Assembly: GCA_000146045.2 (NCBI GenBank) | Contig: BK006936.2 | Span: 480,001 to 544,000, forward strand | Reading direction: 5' to 3' | Length of the DNA stretch: 64,000 nt | DNA from: TPA_inf: Saccharomyces | Lineage: Eukaryota | Shown here: positions 1 through 10,619 of the stretch, piece by piece | How positions within the stretch are numbered: position 1 is the first letter of the stretch | Layout of the letters: each line of letters begins with the position of its first letter | Program-made: the position numbers and the translations under genes | Notes under the pieces: generated by a model | What the model saw: only the letters and a program-made list of their open reading frames with translations | What the model was told of the DNA's origin: nothing | The model's database searches: none

Positions 1-323
1 CCCGTAGATTGGAAAACATGAAGTCTCAGCAAGAAAATCTAAAACAATCGCAGAAACCTCTTAAGCGGGCTAAAGTGTCCAATACAATGGAAAATCCACC
101 GAACAAAGTCCTTCTTATACAAAATTTGCCAAGCGGCACTACCGAGCAATTATTGTCGCAAATACTTGGCAATGAGGCTTTAGTTGAAATCAGATTAGTT
201 AGCGTTCGTAACCTAGCTTTCGTGGAATACGAGACCGTTGCTGATGCTACGAAAATCAAGAATCAGTTAGGCTCCACTTACAAGCTACAAAACAATGACG
301 TTACCATAGGATTTGCTAAGTAG
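1..323 (+). CDS. MUD1: U1 snRNP protein A, C-terminal part including the RRM; the 5' end lies outside the window
   Basis: The ORF is open to the left edge in this frame and stops with TAG at 321-323. The translation shows a C-terminal RRM-like segment (LLIQNLPSG...LAFVEYETVADATKIKNQLG). Its position next to CBP6 and GRS1 matches YBR119W. The track's M at position 9 is a TTG, not the true start. Confidence 0.85.
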   Translation, partial: RRLENMKSQQENLKQSQKPLKRAKVSNTMENPPNKVLLIQNLPSGTTEQLLSQILGNEALVEIRLVSVRNLAFVEYETVADATKIKNQLGSTYKLQNNDVTIGFAK

Positions 324-434
324 AATTTCCTTTGCGGAAGTATACCTCGAGTAAAGAAATTCACAGATAAATTTGAATAACGTTCTCCATTATGAATAAA
401 TATGTATTTACAAGCTTAGAAAATAATGTGCTCT

Positions 435-923
435 TTATTTACCAAATAATACAGTTCTCATTGCAGTAAATAAGCTTTCCTTTTTCTTACCGTCAACGGC
501 ATTTATTAACCGTTGATAATATTGGGGATTTCCTGCAGGTTTATAGAGCTTATCGCCAATATCGTAATAGTTTCTGAATTTATTATTCATTATAGTGCTC
601 AAGGCACGAATTTGCTCGTTGATGCTTTCTTCCGTGAATTTCTCATCTACCATTTTATTTTGAATTTTGGTTAACATCTCCTTATTCAGTCCTAATGGAC
701 CGGAAGTTCTGTTAATTATACTTTTTATTTCATCTAATGAGGGTTTTTTCTCTTTTATAGATTTTCCTTTGTCATCTACATTTGGCAGACCCGCTACACG
801 TCTAAATCTTGCTATTTGTACATCCCTGAATGAGACCAAGTGGTGTATACGATCCTTTGGATATTTTTCCAGTAAATTAACTAATTTTTTGGCAGAATCC
901 CTGACGACCTGGGAAGAAGACAT
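435..923 (-). CDS. CBP6: Cytochrome b mRNA translation/processing factor, 162 aa
   Basis: The full-length 162-aa ORF matches the known Cbp6 length and sequence (MSSSQVVRDSAKKLVNLLEKYPKD...). It is convergent with MUD1, with a 3' gap of only 111 bp. Confidence 0.9.
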   Translation of the reverse strand: MSSSQVVRDSAKKLVNLLEKYPKDRIHHLVSFRDVQIARFRRVAGLPNVDDKGKSIKEKKPSLDEIKSIINRTSGPLGLNKEMLTKIQNKMVDEKFTEESINEQIRALSTIMNNKFRNYYDIGDKLYKPAGNPQYYQRLINAVDGKKKESLFTAMRTVLFGK

Positions 924-1363
924 TTTGGCACTTGCTTGTGGAATACGGAGTTTAACTTGGTAAGCTGATAGAGAGAATGTTTCAATGAAGGCTACCTTTT
1001 TTTCTTATAATGTTGCTACCACAGGAAATCTTGATATACGTTAATGTTTTGGCCCCTACAAGGCCGGAAATATTTCGCTTTTTCTTGATATCAGAATTTT
1101 TCGCATGTCCGACCATGCGCAGAGCTGCTATGAAAGTACTTTAACTATTAGTGTGAGGAATGGCTAAATAAACAGCAGATGTGATTTCCGCACTTCTTTT
1201 ATAAACTTCCAAAATAATCGTATTAGTGGACAGTACATAATCATATCTTGCAATACGTATCAATAGTAAACGAATTATTTATTCATACACACATGTATAT
1301 ACTTCTCGCTTCTTTTTTTAATTTACATGTTTGGCGATATATAGTTAAAATTAAGTCATTTAT

Positions 1364-3367
1364 TTAGTCAGTTTCAGCTTCAGCTTCAGCTTGGGCAATA
1401 AAAGGAGTCAAATCCTTGGTACCTTCTTCCCAAGAAGCACCATTGTAAGTGATATCGCGGATAGCCTTGATGACATTTTCGACGGAACCTCTAACTTGCT
1501 TGGTGGAATCTCTTTCTCTCAAAGTGACAGAATGGTCTTTGGCAGATTCAAAGTCAATGGTGACACCGAATGGAGTACCTAATTCGTCATTACGGGCATA
1601 TCTTTTACCAATGGAAACTCCAGAATCATCAATCTTAAATGGGATTTGAGACTTTCTTAAGATTTTGGCGACTTCAGTAGTAACAGGAACTAAATCTTTG
1701 TGGTTAGATAAAGGAACTAAAAGAACCTTTGTTGGAGCAACCAAAGGTGGGAAGGAAAGAACACTTCTGGCATTGTCTTCTGGTCTGTTCCAGAAAGAGT
1801 GCTCAAAAACGGAGTAGATGATACGGCCAATACCGAAAGATGGTTCAATGACACTAGGAACATATTCTCTAACGTGTTCAACCTTTGTTCTTTGTTCGAT
1901 TTTAACCAATTTATCGTCCAACTCGACTTCGCCATCAACACCATCAACCTTTATAGTAAACTTGCCATTTGCCTTCAATAACTCAGCCTTGGAAGCCAAG
2001 TCATCTTGAGACATATTCAATAGATGAGATTCAACTTTTGGTGCATCTTTTCTGAATTTTGGACCGAACAATTTTTTCGTCAAATCAATTTCCCACTTGG
2101 TGACTTCAATTGGATTATCTAATTTTTGTCTAACAACCAATTTTTCTTTGGTCTTTTTGGAATGAACGGTCAAATCATAGGCAGATCTATCAGCACATCC
2201 GACACATTCAATCCACCCGTAAGATGTCTTCAATTCACCATCCCAACAGTCAGCAGCATAATGTGCCATTTCATTAGCCATATGTTGACGGAATCTCAAT
2301 TTGGACTCATCAACACCAATTTTCATCAAAAATTGGTAAATTCTGGCAATAAAGTAACCCAAAGTTTCATTATCGACCATTCTTGAAGCAACTGCTTCAC
2401 CAACTGTCTTGACAATTGGTTCAGTAGAACCAGCTTCTTGAACATCACGAGGCAAAAAGGAAAGCTTGATGTCTTTGATTTCATTAAATTTTGGATGAGA
2501 TTTGTCCAATGGGTCAACGAAATGTTCAATCTCTGCCATCAAAAATTCACGGACTCTTAATAAACCGGCCCTTGGGGAAATCTCATTTCTAAATGATTTA
2601 CCGATAGAGGCTGAGGCAAAAGGGGTCTTACTGTTGTTAAATTCTAACAACTTGTTAAAATTCAAGAATTGACCTTGGGCAGTTTCTGGCCTCAAGTAAC
2701 CCTTTAATTGACCAGATGGGCCAATAGCCGTTTCAAACATCAGGTTAAAAGCCCTTGGAGATTCTAAAGTTTCTCCGGTGACTGGGTTACCGATATCGTA
2801 TTTTTCCATCAATTCACCTAATTCTGGGCCGGAATAACCATCTATTTTAGCCAAAATTTCTTCATATTCTTTGACAACGTCGTCATCCAATTTGACTGCT
2901 TTAATTTGTTTAACTTTTTTCTTTCTCTTCTTCTTTTCGGCATCGTCCTTAGCAGCGGCATTAGCATCCTCGACTAAACCTCTGGCTTCTTGGTCACCCT
3001 TTAAGCGAGCTTCCAAAACTTCTTCGACTAAATGGTCAGCTCTGAAAATCTCACCAGTCTTCAAATCTCTACACATCCAATCAGAAAATTTGTCAACATG
3101 ACCTGAGGTCTTCAAAACCTCATATGGAGTTAACATAGTACAATCAACTTCCAACATATCTTCTTCCAAAATAAAATGCTTTCTCCAGGCGTCAATGATG
3201 TTGTTTTGGAATGCACAACCTGGTGGACCATAGTCATATAAACCAGAAACCCCACCGTACAAGTCAAAAGCTGGGGCATAAAAAAATCTTCCTCTCAAAA
3301 CACTTTCTAGCTGTTCTCTGTTAAATGGAACAGCGGCTCTAGCCTTCTTGATATCTTCTACACTCAT
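1364..3367 (-). CDS. GRS1: Glycyl-tRNA synthetase, cytoplasmic form of 667 aa from AUG1; the mitochondrial form extends 23 codons upstream to a UUG at 3434-3436
   Basis: The protein is a class II aaRS (MSVEDIKKARAAVPFNREQLESVLRGRFFYAPAFDLYGG...). The 721-aa track ORF begins at a TTG. The first ATG is codon 55 of that ORF, which gives 667 aa. An in-frame TTG sits at codon -23 in an AAA context. Confidence 0.95.
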   Translation of the reverse strand: MSVEDIKKARAAVPFNREQLESVLRGRFFYAPAFDLYGGVSGLYDYGPPGCAFQNNIIDAWRKHFILEEDMLEVDCTMLTPYEVLKTSGHVDKFSDWMCRDLKTGEIFRADHLVEEVLEARLKGDQEARGLVEDANAAAKDDAEKKKRKKKVKQIKAVKLDDDVVKEYEEILAKIDGYSGPELGELMEKYDIGNPVTGETLESPRAFNLMFETAIGPSGQLKGYLRPETAQGQFLNFNKLLEFNNSKTPFASASIGKSFRNEISPRAGLLRVREFLMAEIEHFVDPLDKSHPKFNEIKDIKLSFLPRDVQEAGSTEPIVKTVGEAVASRMVDNETLGYFIARIYQFLMKIGVDESKLRFRQHMANEMAHYAADCWDGELKTSYGWIECVGCADRSAYDLTVHSKKTKEKLVVRQKLDNPIEVTKWEIDLTKKLFGPKFRKDAPKVESHLLNMSQDDLASKAELLKANGKFTIKVDGVDGEVELDDKLVKIEQRTKVEHVREYVPSVIEPSFGIGRIIYSVFEHSFWNRPEDNARSVLSFPPLVAPTKVLLVPLSNHKDLVPVTTEVAKILRKSQIPFKIDDSGVSIGKRYARNDELGTPFGVTIDFESAKDHSVTLRERDSTKQVRGSVENVIKAIRDITYNGASWEEGTKDLTPFIAQAEAEAETD

Positions 3368-3969
3368 TCTTTTAATCTTAACCGATTTTTTAACAATCTG
3401 AGAGTAAAATCGTCTACTGATATTGAAGAACGACAATTTTTCTTGAAAATCAACACGAATGCAAAAAGGGAAACTAAAATAAAAGAAATCCTCAAAAGTA
3501 ATTGAACAGATTTCGAGTCCTAATTGCAAGTAAAATTATGTATACAAAGTACGTGATAAGTATCGCAGCAGTGATTCAACACTCGAGAAGAGTAAAAATT
3601 TTCAATTTTTTTCCACTGCGCTGAAATATTACGAGGCGTAGAAAATGATCACTACAATGCCGTTGCTGCTTATTGCAGCGTAAGTGAGCTTCATTCACAG
3701 ACCATTTGCCTCGATAATCCATGAATCATATCTGGTTCATATTATGTTTGTAAATGTGTGTCTTGTTGCACTTAATCTATCGCGATAGCGCCAAACCAAG
3801 CGTTCGCAGAATCTTCGTTGTCAATATATACATATGTAGACGTATGTGTATATGTTGCGGTATATACAAGGCTGTTTATGTAGTCTTCAAACAGATGCGA
3901 TTGAGATCTATGTCCCAAAAGGAATATAAATTGGTTCGAGAATAGAAAAGTAAGGGGAGCAAACACTAT

Positions 3970-4569
<600 letters not shown>

Positions 4570-4741
4570 TTAGGAATAATAATGATACCCTTTCATTTTA
4601 GTTATTTGATTTTGATGCATTTTGCACGAGATAATCGCTCTTTACGGTTTGGGGACAAAACTCAGAAATATCACATACGTAGTTATGGTTTTATTGCACA
4701 TTTGGCATATTTTGATATTGAAATAAAAGAAAACCTACTTA

Positions 4742-6691
4742 TTACAGATCGACTTCATCAACAAATCCCTTGAGCTCGCTTTTCATTGTTTCCGCGGTTT
4801 TAGGATCTAGTTTAGCTATTTTATTTATGATATCTTGGAAGCTCGCTGTTTTAACATCAAAACTTTCTTGTTCTTCTTCATCTGCATCAACGTCATCCAC
4901 GTCATCGTCTATACTTGCAGGCACCTTCAAGTTCTGATCAGTGTCCATCTCTTCATTTTCCAAAGCAGCGTCGTCTGGCTCTTCAGTTATGGCGCCATTA
5001 TCATCAAAATCATCACCAGCAGCGATACCCTTATCCTCCTCTATGGCATTTGAGGACATTTGACTACCTGCATCCATATTTATGTCCCCATCAGCATCTT
5101 TATTGGTGTTAACACCCATTCCCTCTTCTGAGTTCTTGTTTTCGGGTACCATGGATTCTTTAACAAATAACATTGTCTTGAAATACTTCAACTTGTATTT
5201 ATTATACTCATAATTTCCTTGAACCATGCAACCAAGTTCGTATTTTACTATCCTTCTTATCTTGACCAAGTCTAATTCTTTGAACCATCCAGTTAGTTCA
5301 TTCGCCTTATCTAAATATTCGACGTTGTGAAAAACTTCTGCAATGTTTGGCTCACCAATTAATAAATCAATCTGCAACATCAGGTACCACGGTATTCTTT
5401 TTCCATCAAATTTGAACCTGCTGTCAATACCGCCTGGAGTGTCTGATTCGAATACCAGGGGTGGTGGCTTTGGTACATTCTTTTTCACTATGGGAGAAGA
5501 TAGTAATTTCCTTTCAATCTTAAAATATTCTGTTTGATATTGGGCGTATTCCACTGAACTTCTGGGGTCTATACCAAATTTGATATATGTATTTCTCCAA
5601 GGCCCCATTGTGAAACGATAAGATATGAGTGCCAGCGCTATCTTCATAGTATGGTGTATCTTCTTCGGGACAATCCCATCAAGATGTCTTTTAACCCAAA
5701 TTGGACGTCTAGCGAAGAGCTCTCTCAAAATTTTCAAGCATTCCTCCAGCGATTCATAAAATTTAGAGTCACTTTTAGTGCCTGGATAGACTTTTGTTTT
5801 CTTCGCGACCTCAAAATCGTACAGGACTTGTTCATGAGCTTGGGACGGTATAACTGTCTTATCACTAAGATCATGAACAAACAACTGATAGTTTTTGATA
5901 TATGTTCCCTTCACTTCTGTGACACCGTTTTTTTTTTTTTTCGCAAATGGATTAGCTTTATATTTATAAAGCAGGGGGAAACCAACCATTGATAACTTAG
6001 GAGGTGGCGGCAGTTGGAAATCTGTACTCGGAATTTTAACGCTACGGTCTAAGATCAAATTCCCGATGTTTTCCTGAGGTTGAGAGTCATTATCTGGTAC
6101 AGAATTGACAAAACTTTTGAAATTATTCCATTCCAGAGAGCCAAAGCTACTTTTGAACTCTCTTGCAGAGGGGACATTATCCAGTTTGATTTGAAAATCT
6201 GACATTTCTCTAAATTTTATAGTGTTATCTACTATGGAAACAGGAGTGACTCTCAATTTATTCGAATCTTTTAAGGATTTGATAGAATCTTTGACGCTAT
6301 TATTATTTTTACTTAAAGTTCCCTTAGGCATTGTAACCTTTAATATGACCGACTCATCTCTGAAGGGAACTCTTTTACCAATTACAGGATGCTCATTAAA
6401 ATAGCTCTTGGATCCGTCGCTATCAGTATCATCGTTTAAGTACAGTTGTAATCCGTGCTGAGATTCGATAGGTCCATGTTCTTTAAAGGCTTCTTTCACT
6501 TTTTCGATGCCCCCACACATTTTTATAGCCTTCTGTATACTAGAGTGTTTTGTGGAGACATTAAGTGGCAATTCTAAACTTGGAATTCTGGGCAGGTCTA
6601 ACGTAAATTCATCTGCTATTAACGGTGGGGCCTGGTCCGCGCTAGAATCTGGAATTGATGAAAGTGTAGCAAGAGGCTCCTCCACTGGCAT
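4742..6691 (-). CDS. TFC1: TFIIIC subunit tau95, 649 aa
   Basis: The track ORF starts with GTG. The first ATG is at codon 3 (MPVEEPLATLSS...), which gives 649 aa. A KKKK motif is encoded by a T15 run on the + strand. Confidence 0.85.
   Translation of the reverse strand: MPVEEPLATLSSIPDSSADQAPPLIADEFTLDLPRIPSLELPLNVSTKHSSIQKAIKMCGGIEKVKEAFKEHGPIESQHGLQLYLNDDTDSDGSKSYFNEHPVIGKRVPFRDESVILKVTMPKGTLSKNNNSVKDSIKSLKDSNKLRVTPVSIVDNTIKFREMSDFQIKLDNVPSAREFKSSFGSLEWNNFKSFVNSVPDNDSQPQENIGNLILDRSVKIPSTDFQLPPPPKLSMVGFPLLYKYKANPFAKKKKNGVTEVKGTYIKNYQLFVHDLSDKTVIPSQAHEQVLYDFEVAKKTKVYPGTKSDSKFYESLEECLKILRELFARRPIWVKRHLDGIVPKKIHHTMKIALALISYRFTMGPWRNTYIKFGIDPRSSVEYAQYQTEYFKIERKLLSSPIVKKNVPKPPPLVFESDTPGGIDSRFKFDGKRIPWYLMLQIDLLIGEPNIAEVFHNVEYLDKANELTGWFKELDLVKIRRIVKYELGCMVQGNYEYNKYKLKYFKTMLFVKESMVPENKNSEEGMGVNTNKDADGDINMDAGSQMSSNAIEEDKGIAAGDDFDDNGAITEEPDDAALENEEMDTDQNLKVPASIDDDVDDVDADEEEQESFDVKTASFQDIINKIAKLDPKTAETMKSELKGFVDEVDL
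5924..5942. repeat. T15 homopolymer on the + strand (A15 on the coding strand) inside TFC1, encoding KKKK(N)
   Basis: The sequence reads gacaccg tttttttttttttt cgcaaatgg. Confidence 0.85.
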
Positions 6692-6866
6692 TTTCACGAT
6701 TTGGAAGATATTTTCGCTCTTGAAAGCTATAGAGATTAATTATGTTTTTCCCTTGGTATACCTTTTCTGTGTTGTCTTTCAGTTCCTGTCTTTAGGATGT
6801 TATTTATCGATCTTTTTCAGAAAGACCAAAAGCGAAGAAGCGAAGAAGAGGACTTCTCTGTACTAA
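6507..6866 (+). CDS. Dubious ORF (YBR124W-like), 119 aa, overlapping the TFC1 5' end on the opposite strand; unlikely to be protein-coding
   Basis: An ORF is present, but it lies antisense over the TFC1 start and its sequence is hydrophobic and low in complexity. I list it only because it corresponds to a dubious ORF annotated in the yeast genome. Confidence 0.2.
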   Translation: MPPHIFIAFCILECFVETLSGNSKLGILGRSNVNSSAINGGAWSALESGIDESVARGSSTGIFTIWKIFSLLKAIEINYVFPLVYLFCVVFQFLSLGCYLSIFFRKTKSEEAKKRTSLY

Positions 6867-7198
6867 GACCAAATTATGTAAAAGGAAAACTAAACATGAA
6901 TATGTGAATTTATTTCCAAAACACAGCAGAGCTTAAAGATGGGGTAAACTCATATTCATATTCATATACACGTATGTATATAAAAATTCATTTAAAAGGA
7001 TTGCTTTGGTTTTCTACAACACTAAAAAGCACAATAAAATAATAAAGTAAAAAAAAAAATGTGATAATGAGGTCGTTTTAAGGTACTTTTGTTATTTCAT
7101 CTCCCAAGCAGTTGATCCTATACACTAATACACAGACACATTAACCACACGTTCAGATATGTATGAGAAAAAGGAAGAAGAAAAATAATTTTTTTTCC

Positions 7199-8380
7199 TT
7201 ACACTAGGCCCCTTTCTCTTTCCAAACGGGTCTTCATTTTATTAAACCAGTCTTGCAATGTTTCGCCTTTCCGGTTTAGCACTACAATGATGGCAGTCAT
7301 ATTGTCAAAGCCGACACCAGTATTGCTATTTGCCTGCGCTATCCCGTGGTCCAACAATTTTGTTATTATTGTATCCAACTTCGTCCCTGATACCAGGTGA
7401 TACTTTATAAAGTGAATTAACTGTTTGTTGTTATAAATATCCCATATACCGTCGCAAGCCAGTACTAAAAACTCATCTTTAGAATAGTCAATCTTGTGCA
7501 TCAATACGTCTGGTTCAACGGTAACTTGTGCTTCTTGTGGTGGGGTTCCATAAGTTAAATTCTGGGTAATATTTGTTAGTTTTGTCCTTCTATGTGGATA
7601 AGTGACACCTCTCTTGAATTGGAAATCACTAAATGCCCTACTGAGAGCCAGTACTCCACCCACTCTTCCAAGAGAGACAGTACCACCATTATCGTTTATA
7701 CGTATCAATTCTCCTATGTGTTGTGGCTTATGATCGAAAGACATCGTCTTTATGCCATTCGATTTGGAGGAAAGAATACATCGCGAATCACCACAGTTAG
7801 CCACATACAGTGATTCCTCGTTTATGATGCATGCTACTACTGCTGTAGATCCACACGAACTGTTGGCAAAATGTCGATATAACTCTTCATCTTGCAATAT
7901 GAAAGCGTCTTTAAAAATTTGAGAAACAAGTCCTTCCAACGTATTGAAGGATCTTTTAAATTTTGATGAGTCGTTATTAGTTGTAGATGTGTAATGGTGG
8001 TTTTCGAAACTATACGCAATCCATTTGATCAGGCCAGCGTTGGGTTCACCATTACCGTTGCTACTGCCGTTACCATCGCGATGGTGGCGGCCGCCGCTTA
8101 GAAATTTCGAACAATCATCTCCACCATGACCATCGAATACTGCGAAGACGTTCAATGACAGGGTTTCGTATTTGTCTATGAATGGGTTGAAAAATCGTAC
8201 GTACACAACAGAGTTTTCATTTCTAATTAGATGTGCATCTTCCTGAGTCAAACGATAGCCTTGCATGGACCCCACACAATTGTAAAATCGTGGAACAATA
8301 CCAGTTGACGCCTGGTTGTTTTTATATTCATTATATTCTATGGTCTTCTCCGTCAACGGATGGGAAAGCAATTGACCCAT
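7199..8380 (-). CDS. PTC4: Type 2C protein phosphatase, 393 aa
   Basis: PP2C motifs are present (AVFDGHGG, DGHGG). The track ORF starts with TTG five codons upstream. The true ATG (MGQLLSHPLTEK...) gives 393 aa. Confidence 0.9.
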   Translation of the reverse strand: MGQLLSHPLTEKTIEYNEYKNNQASTGIVPRFYNCVGSMQGYRLTQEDAHLIRNENSVVYVRFFNPFIDKYETLSLNVFAVFDGHGGDDCSKFLSGGRHHRDGNGSSNGNGEPNAGLIKWIAYSFENHHYTSTTNNDSSKFKRSFNTLEGLVSQIFKDAFILQDEELYRHFANSSCGSTAVVACIINEESLYVANCGDSRCILSSKSNGIKTMSFDHKPQHIGELIRINDNGGTVSLGRVGGVLALSRAFSDFQFKRGVTYPHRRTKLTNITQNLTYGTPPQEAQVTVEPDVLMHKIDYSKDEFLVLACDGIWDIYNNKQLIHFIKYHLVSGTKLDTIITKLLDHGIAQANSNTGVGFDNMTAIIVVLNRKGETLQDWFNKMKTRLERERGLV

Positions 8381-8904
8381 TTTTGTCTTCTTCAAATTGA
8401 AGTTACTTTCTAAAATGGCTATATAGGGGAGAATAGAGGCAAAAAGGGCGATGGGATAGAAAAGAAGACGTAAGGGCTCCGTGCTAAGAAAGAAGAAAAA
8501 GATGCAGTTGAAAACAACGTAAAACTAGAGATCCAATGTCAATTGTTTATGTAGCCAATATCTTCGTTATGCGGTGTGAACAGCGACAATAAAAAAAAAT
8601 GTGGGATAAATTATGGCTTTTTTTTCTTGATTTCCTTTTTCTTTTTATTCATGATGTTTCGAAGAAGAGATCAGCGCGGGAGAGAAAGAAAGAGAGAGAA
8701 AAAGAGGGCCTATACGGTGAAAAAACTACTTGCGCAGCTTCAGTAACAGCGCTACAGACAGGCGTTAACGAATAGGAGAGGACGTGTGGCGTTTCAGTTA
8801 TGTCATTTATATAATTTTATATAAAGTATAAAAAAAGTGAATAGAAGAGAGGGCAGAGAAAACCGGACCAGGAATAGACGATCGTCTCATTTGCATCGGG
8901 TTCA

Positions 8905-10392
8905 TCAGTTTTTGGTGGCAGAGGAGCTTGTTGAGCTTGATGATGTACTGTATAATTCATGGACGAAATTTTCACCCCAGAAGGCAGAAGTGTATTTAGA
9001 GATGTATTTGTAAAGTTTTTCCCAGTTAACTTCTTTCTTTACATCGGGCAAAGTCAAGGCCTCGTTGATGGCATCAGAAAGATCATCGGTGTTCCAAGGA
9101 TTTACAATAATAGCACCATTCAAGGATTGTGCGGCACCTGTGAACTCACTCAGGATTAAGGAACCTTTCTTTTCTTCTTGGCAAGCAATATATTCGTAGG
9201 AAACCAAGTTCATACCATCACGGGTGGACGAGACCAAACAAACATCGCTCACAGCATATAACGAAATCAGCTCTTCAAATGGTATAGACTTGTGCATGAA
9301 ATGGATGGGGACGAATTCCACAGTACCGAACTGACCGTTGATTCTACCGACCAACTCATTGACCACAGATCTTAAATATTGGTACTCTTCCACATCTCCA
9401 CGACTTGGCACTGCAACCTGTACCAGAACAACCTTGCCCCTCCATTCTGGATGCTCGTTCAGAAACACTTCCATGGCGTGCAACTTCTGAGGCACACCTT
9501 TGATGTAATCCAGCCTGTCGACACCAACTATGATCTTGCAGCCCTTGAAAGTTTCCTTCAATTGTTGGATTCTCTTTTGTACGGATTCCTTTTTCAACCC
9601 ATCGGTGAACTTGTCCACGTCGATACCGATAGGGAAGGCCCCTACGTTAACGAATCTGCCCTGGTATTCCACCCCATTAGGCAATGTGTTCACGTTAAGC
9701 ACTCTTTGCACGGAAGACAAGAAATGTCTTGCATAATCGTATGTGTGGAACCCGACTAAATCACAACTCAAAACACCCTTCAAAATCTCTTGTCTGACAG
9801 GTAAGATTCTGTAAATTTCACTCGAAGGGAATGGTGTGTGCAGGAACCACCCGACCTTAACGTTTTGCAGTTGCTTCTCGTGAATCTTGACTCTCAACAT
9901 TTCCGGAACCAACATCAAATGGTAATCATGCACCCAGATTAAATCGTTATGGTTCATAGTCTTAGCAATCTCGTTGGTGAACGTCTGGTTTGCCTCGTTG
10001 TATGCCAACCACGCATTCTCGTCGAAATTGATCTCACCAGGATGGTAATGGAATAACGGCCATAGAATAGAATTACTGAACCCGTTGTAGTGTAAGTCTG
10101 CGATTTCATCGCTCAGGAAGATGGGTACGGCATTAAACTTTTCCAGCAAGTCCTTCCTCACCTGATCCTTCTCATCGTCAGGAATCTCTAGCCCAGGCCA
10201 TCCGAACCACTTGAAAGTGTACGTCTTCTTCAACCCTTCCAACGCCGTGACCAGCCCTCCGGACGACATTGCGTACTCGTACTGTCCCGTACTGCTGTTT
10301 TTAGTGATTGTCACGGGAAGCCTGTTGGACACCACAATAATGTTACCCCCTGAAGACGAGGTCAGTTGCGCCTTAGCGTTATCCGTAGTCAT
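8905..10392 (-). CDS. TPS1: Trehalose-6-phosphate synthase, 56-kDa catalytic subunit (GT20), 495 aa
   Basis: The full 495-aa ORF reads MTTDNAKAQLTSSSGGNIIVVSNRLPV... Its length and sequence match Tps1, and its upstream region carries STRE elements. Confidence 0.95.
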   Translation of the reverse strand: MTTDNAKAQLTSSSGGNIIVVSNRLPVTITKNSSTGQYEYAMSSGGLVTALEGLKKTYTFKWFGWPGLEIPDDEKDQVRKDLLEKFNAVPIFLSDEIADLHYNGFSNSILWPLFHYHPGEINFDENAWLAYNEANQTFTNEIAKTMNHNDLIWVHDYHLMLVPEMLRVKIHEKQLQNVKVGWFLHTPFPSSEIYRILPVRQEILKGVLSCDLVGFHTYDYARHFLSSVQRVLNVNTLPNGVEYQGRFVNVGAFPIGIDVDKFTDGLKKESVQKRIQQLKETFKGCKIIVGVDRLDYIKGVPQKLHAMEVFLNEHPEWRGKVVLVQVAVPSRGDVEEYQYLRSVVNELVGRINGQFGTVEFVPIHFMHKSIPFEELISLYAVSDVCLVSSTRDGMNLVSYEYIACQEEKKGSLILSEFTGAAQSLNGAIIVNPWNTDDLSDAINEALTLPDVKKEVNWEKLYKYISKYTSAFWGENFVHELYSTSSSSTSSSATKN

Positions 10393-10562
10393 AGTTCTAT
10401 GTCTTAATAAGTCTGTATGTGAGTACCTAGTTTGTTAGCCTGCTTTGTTGCTTACTTAGCTGCGTGCTTGTTCAAGAAGAAACTGACAGAAACTCAATTG
10501 ACAAGATAAGACTACCAAGTTAATCAATCTCTACCACCCGGCTGTACGCCTTAATCTCTCTC

Positions 10563-10570
10563 TATATATA
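10563..10570. promoter_or_regulatory. TATATATA element in the TPS1/MEO1 divergent intergenic region
   Basis: A perfect TATATATA sits about 170 bp upstream of the TPS1 ATG. Confidence 0.4.
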
Positions 10571-10619
10571 CATACTCACAATAATACATGTGTCTTAGAA
10601 CCTCAGTGCAGTTTGTCCA

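Noticed and set aside
8640-8720. A purine-rich (GA)n-like tract, gagagaaagaaagagagagaaaaagaggg, in the PTC4/TPS1 3' intergenic region
   Set aside because: It is short and imperfect low-complexity DNA of a kind common in yeast terminators. There is no evidence that it has a function.
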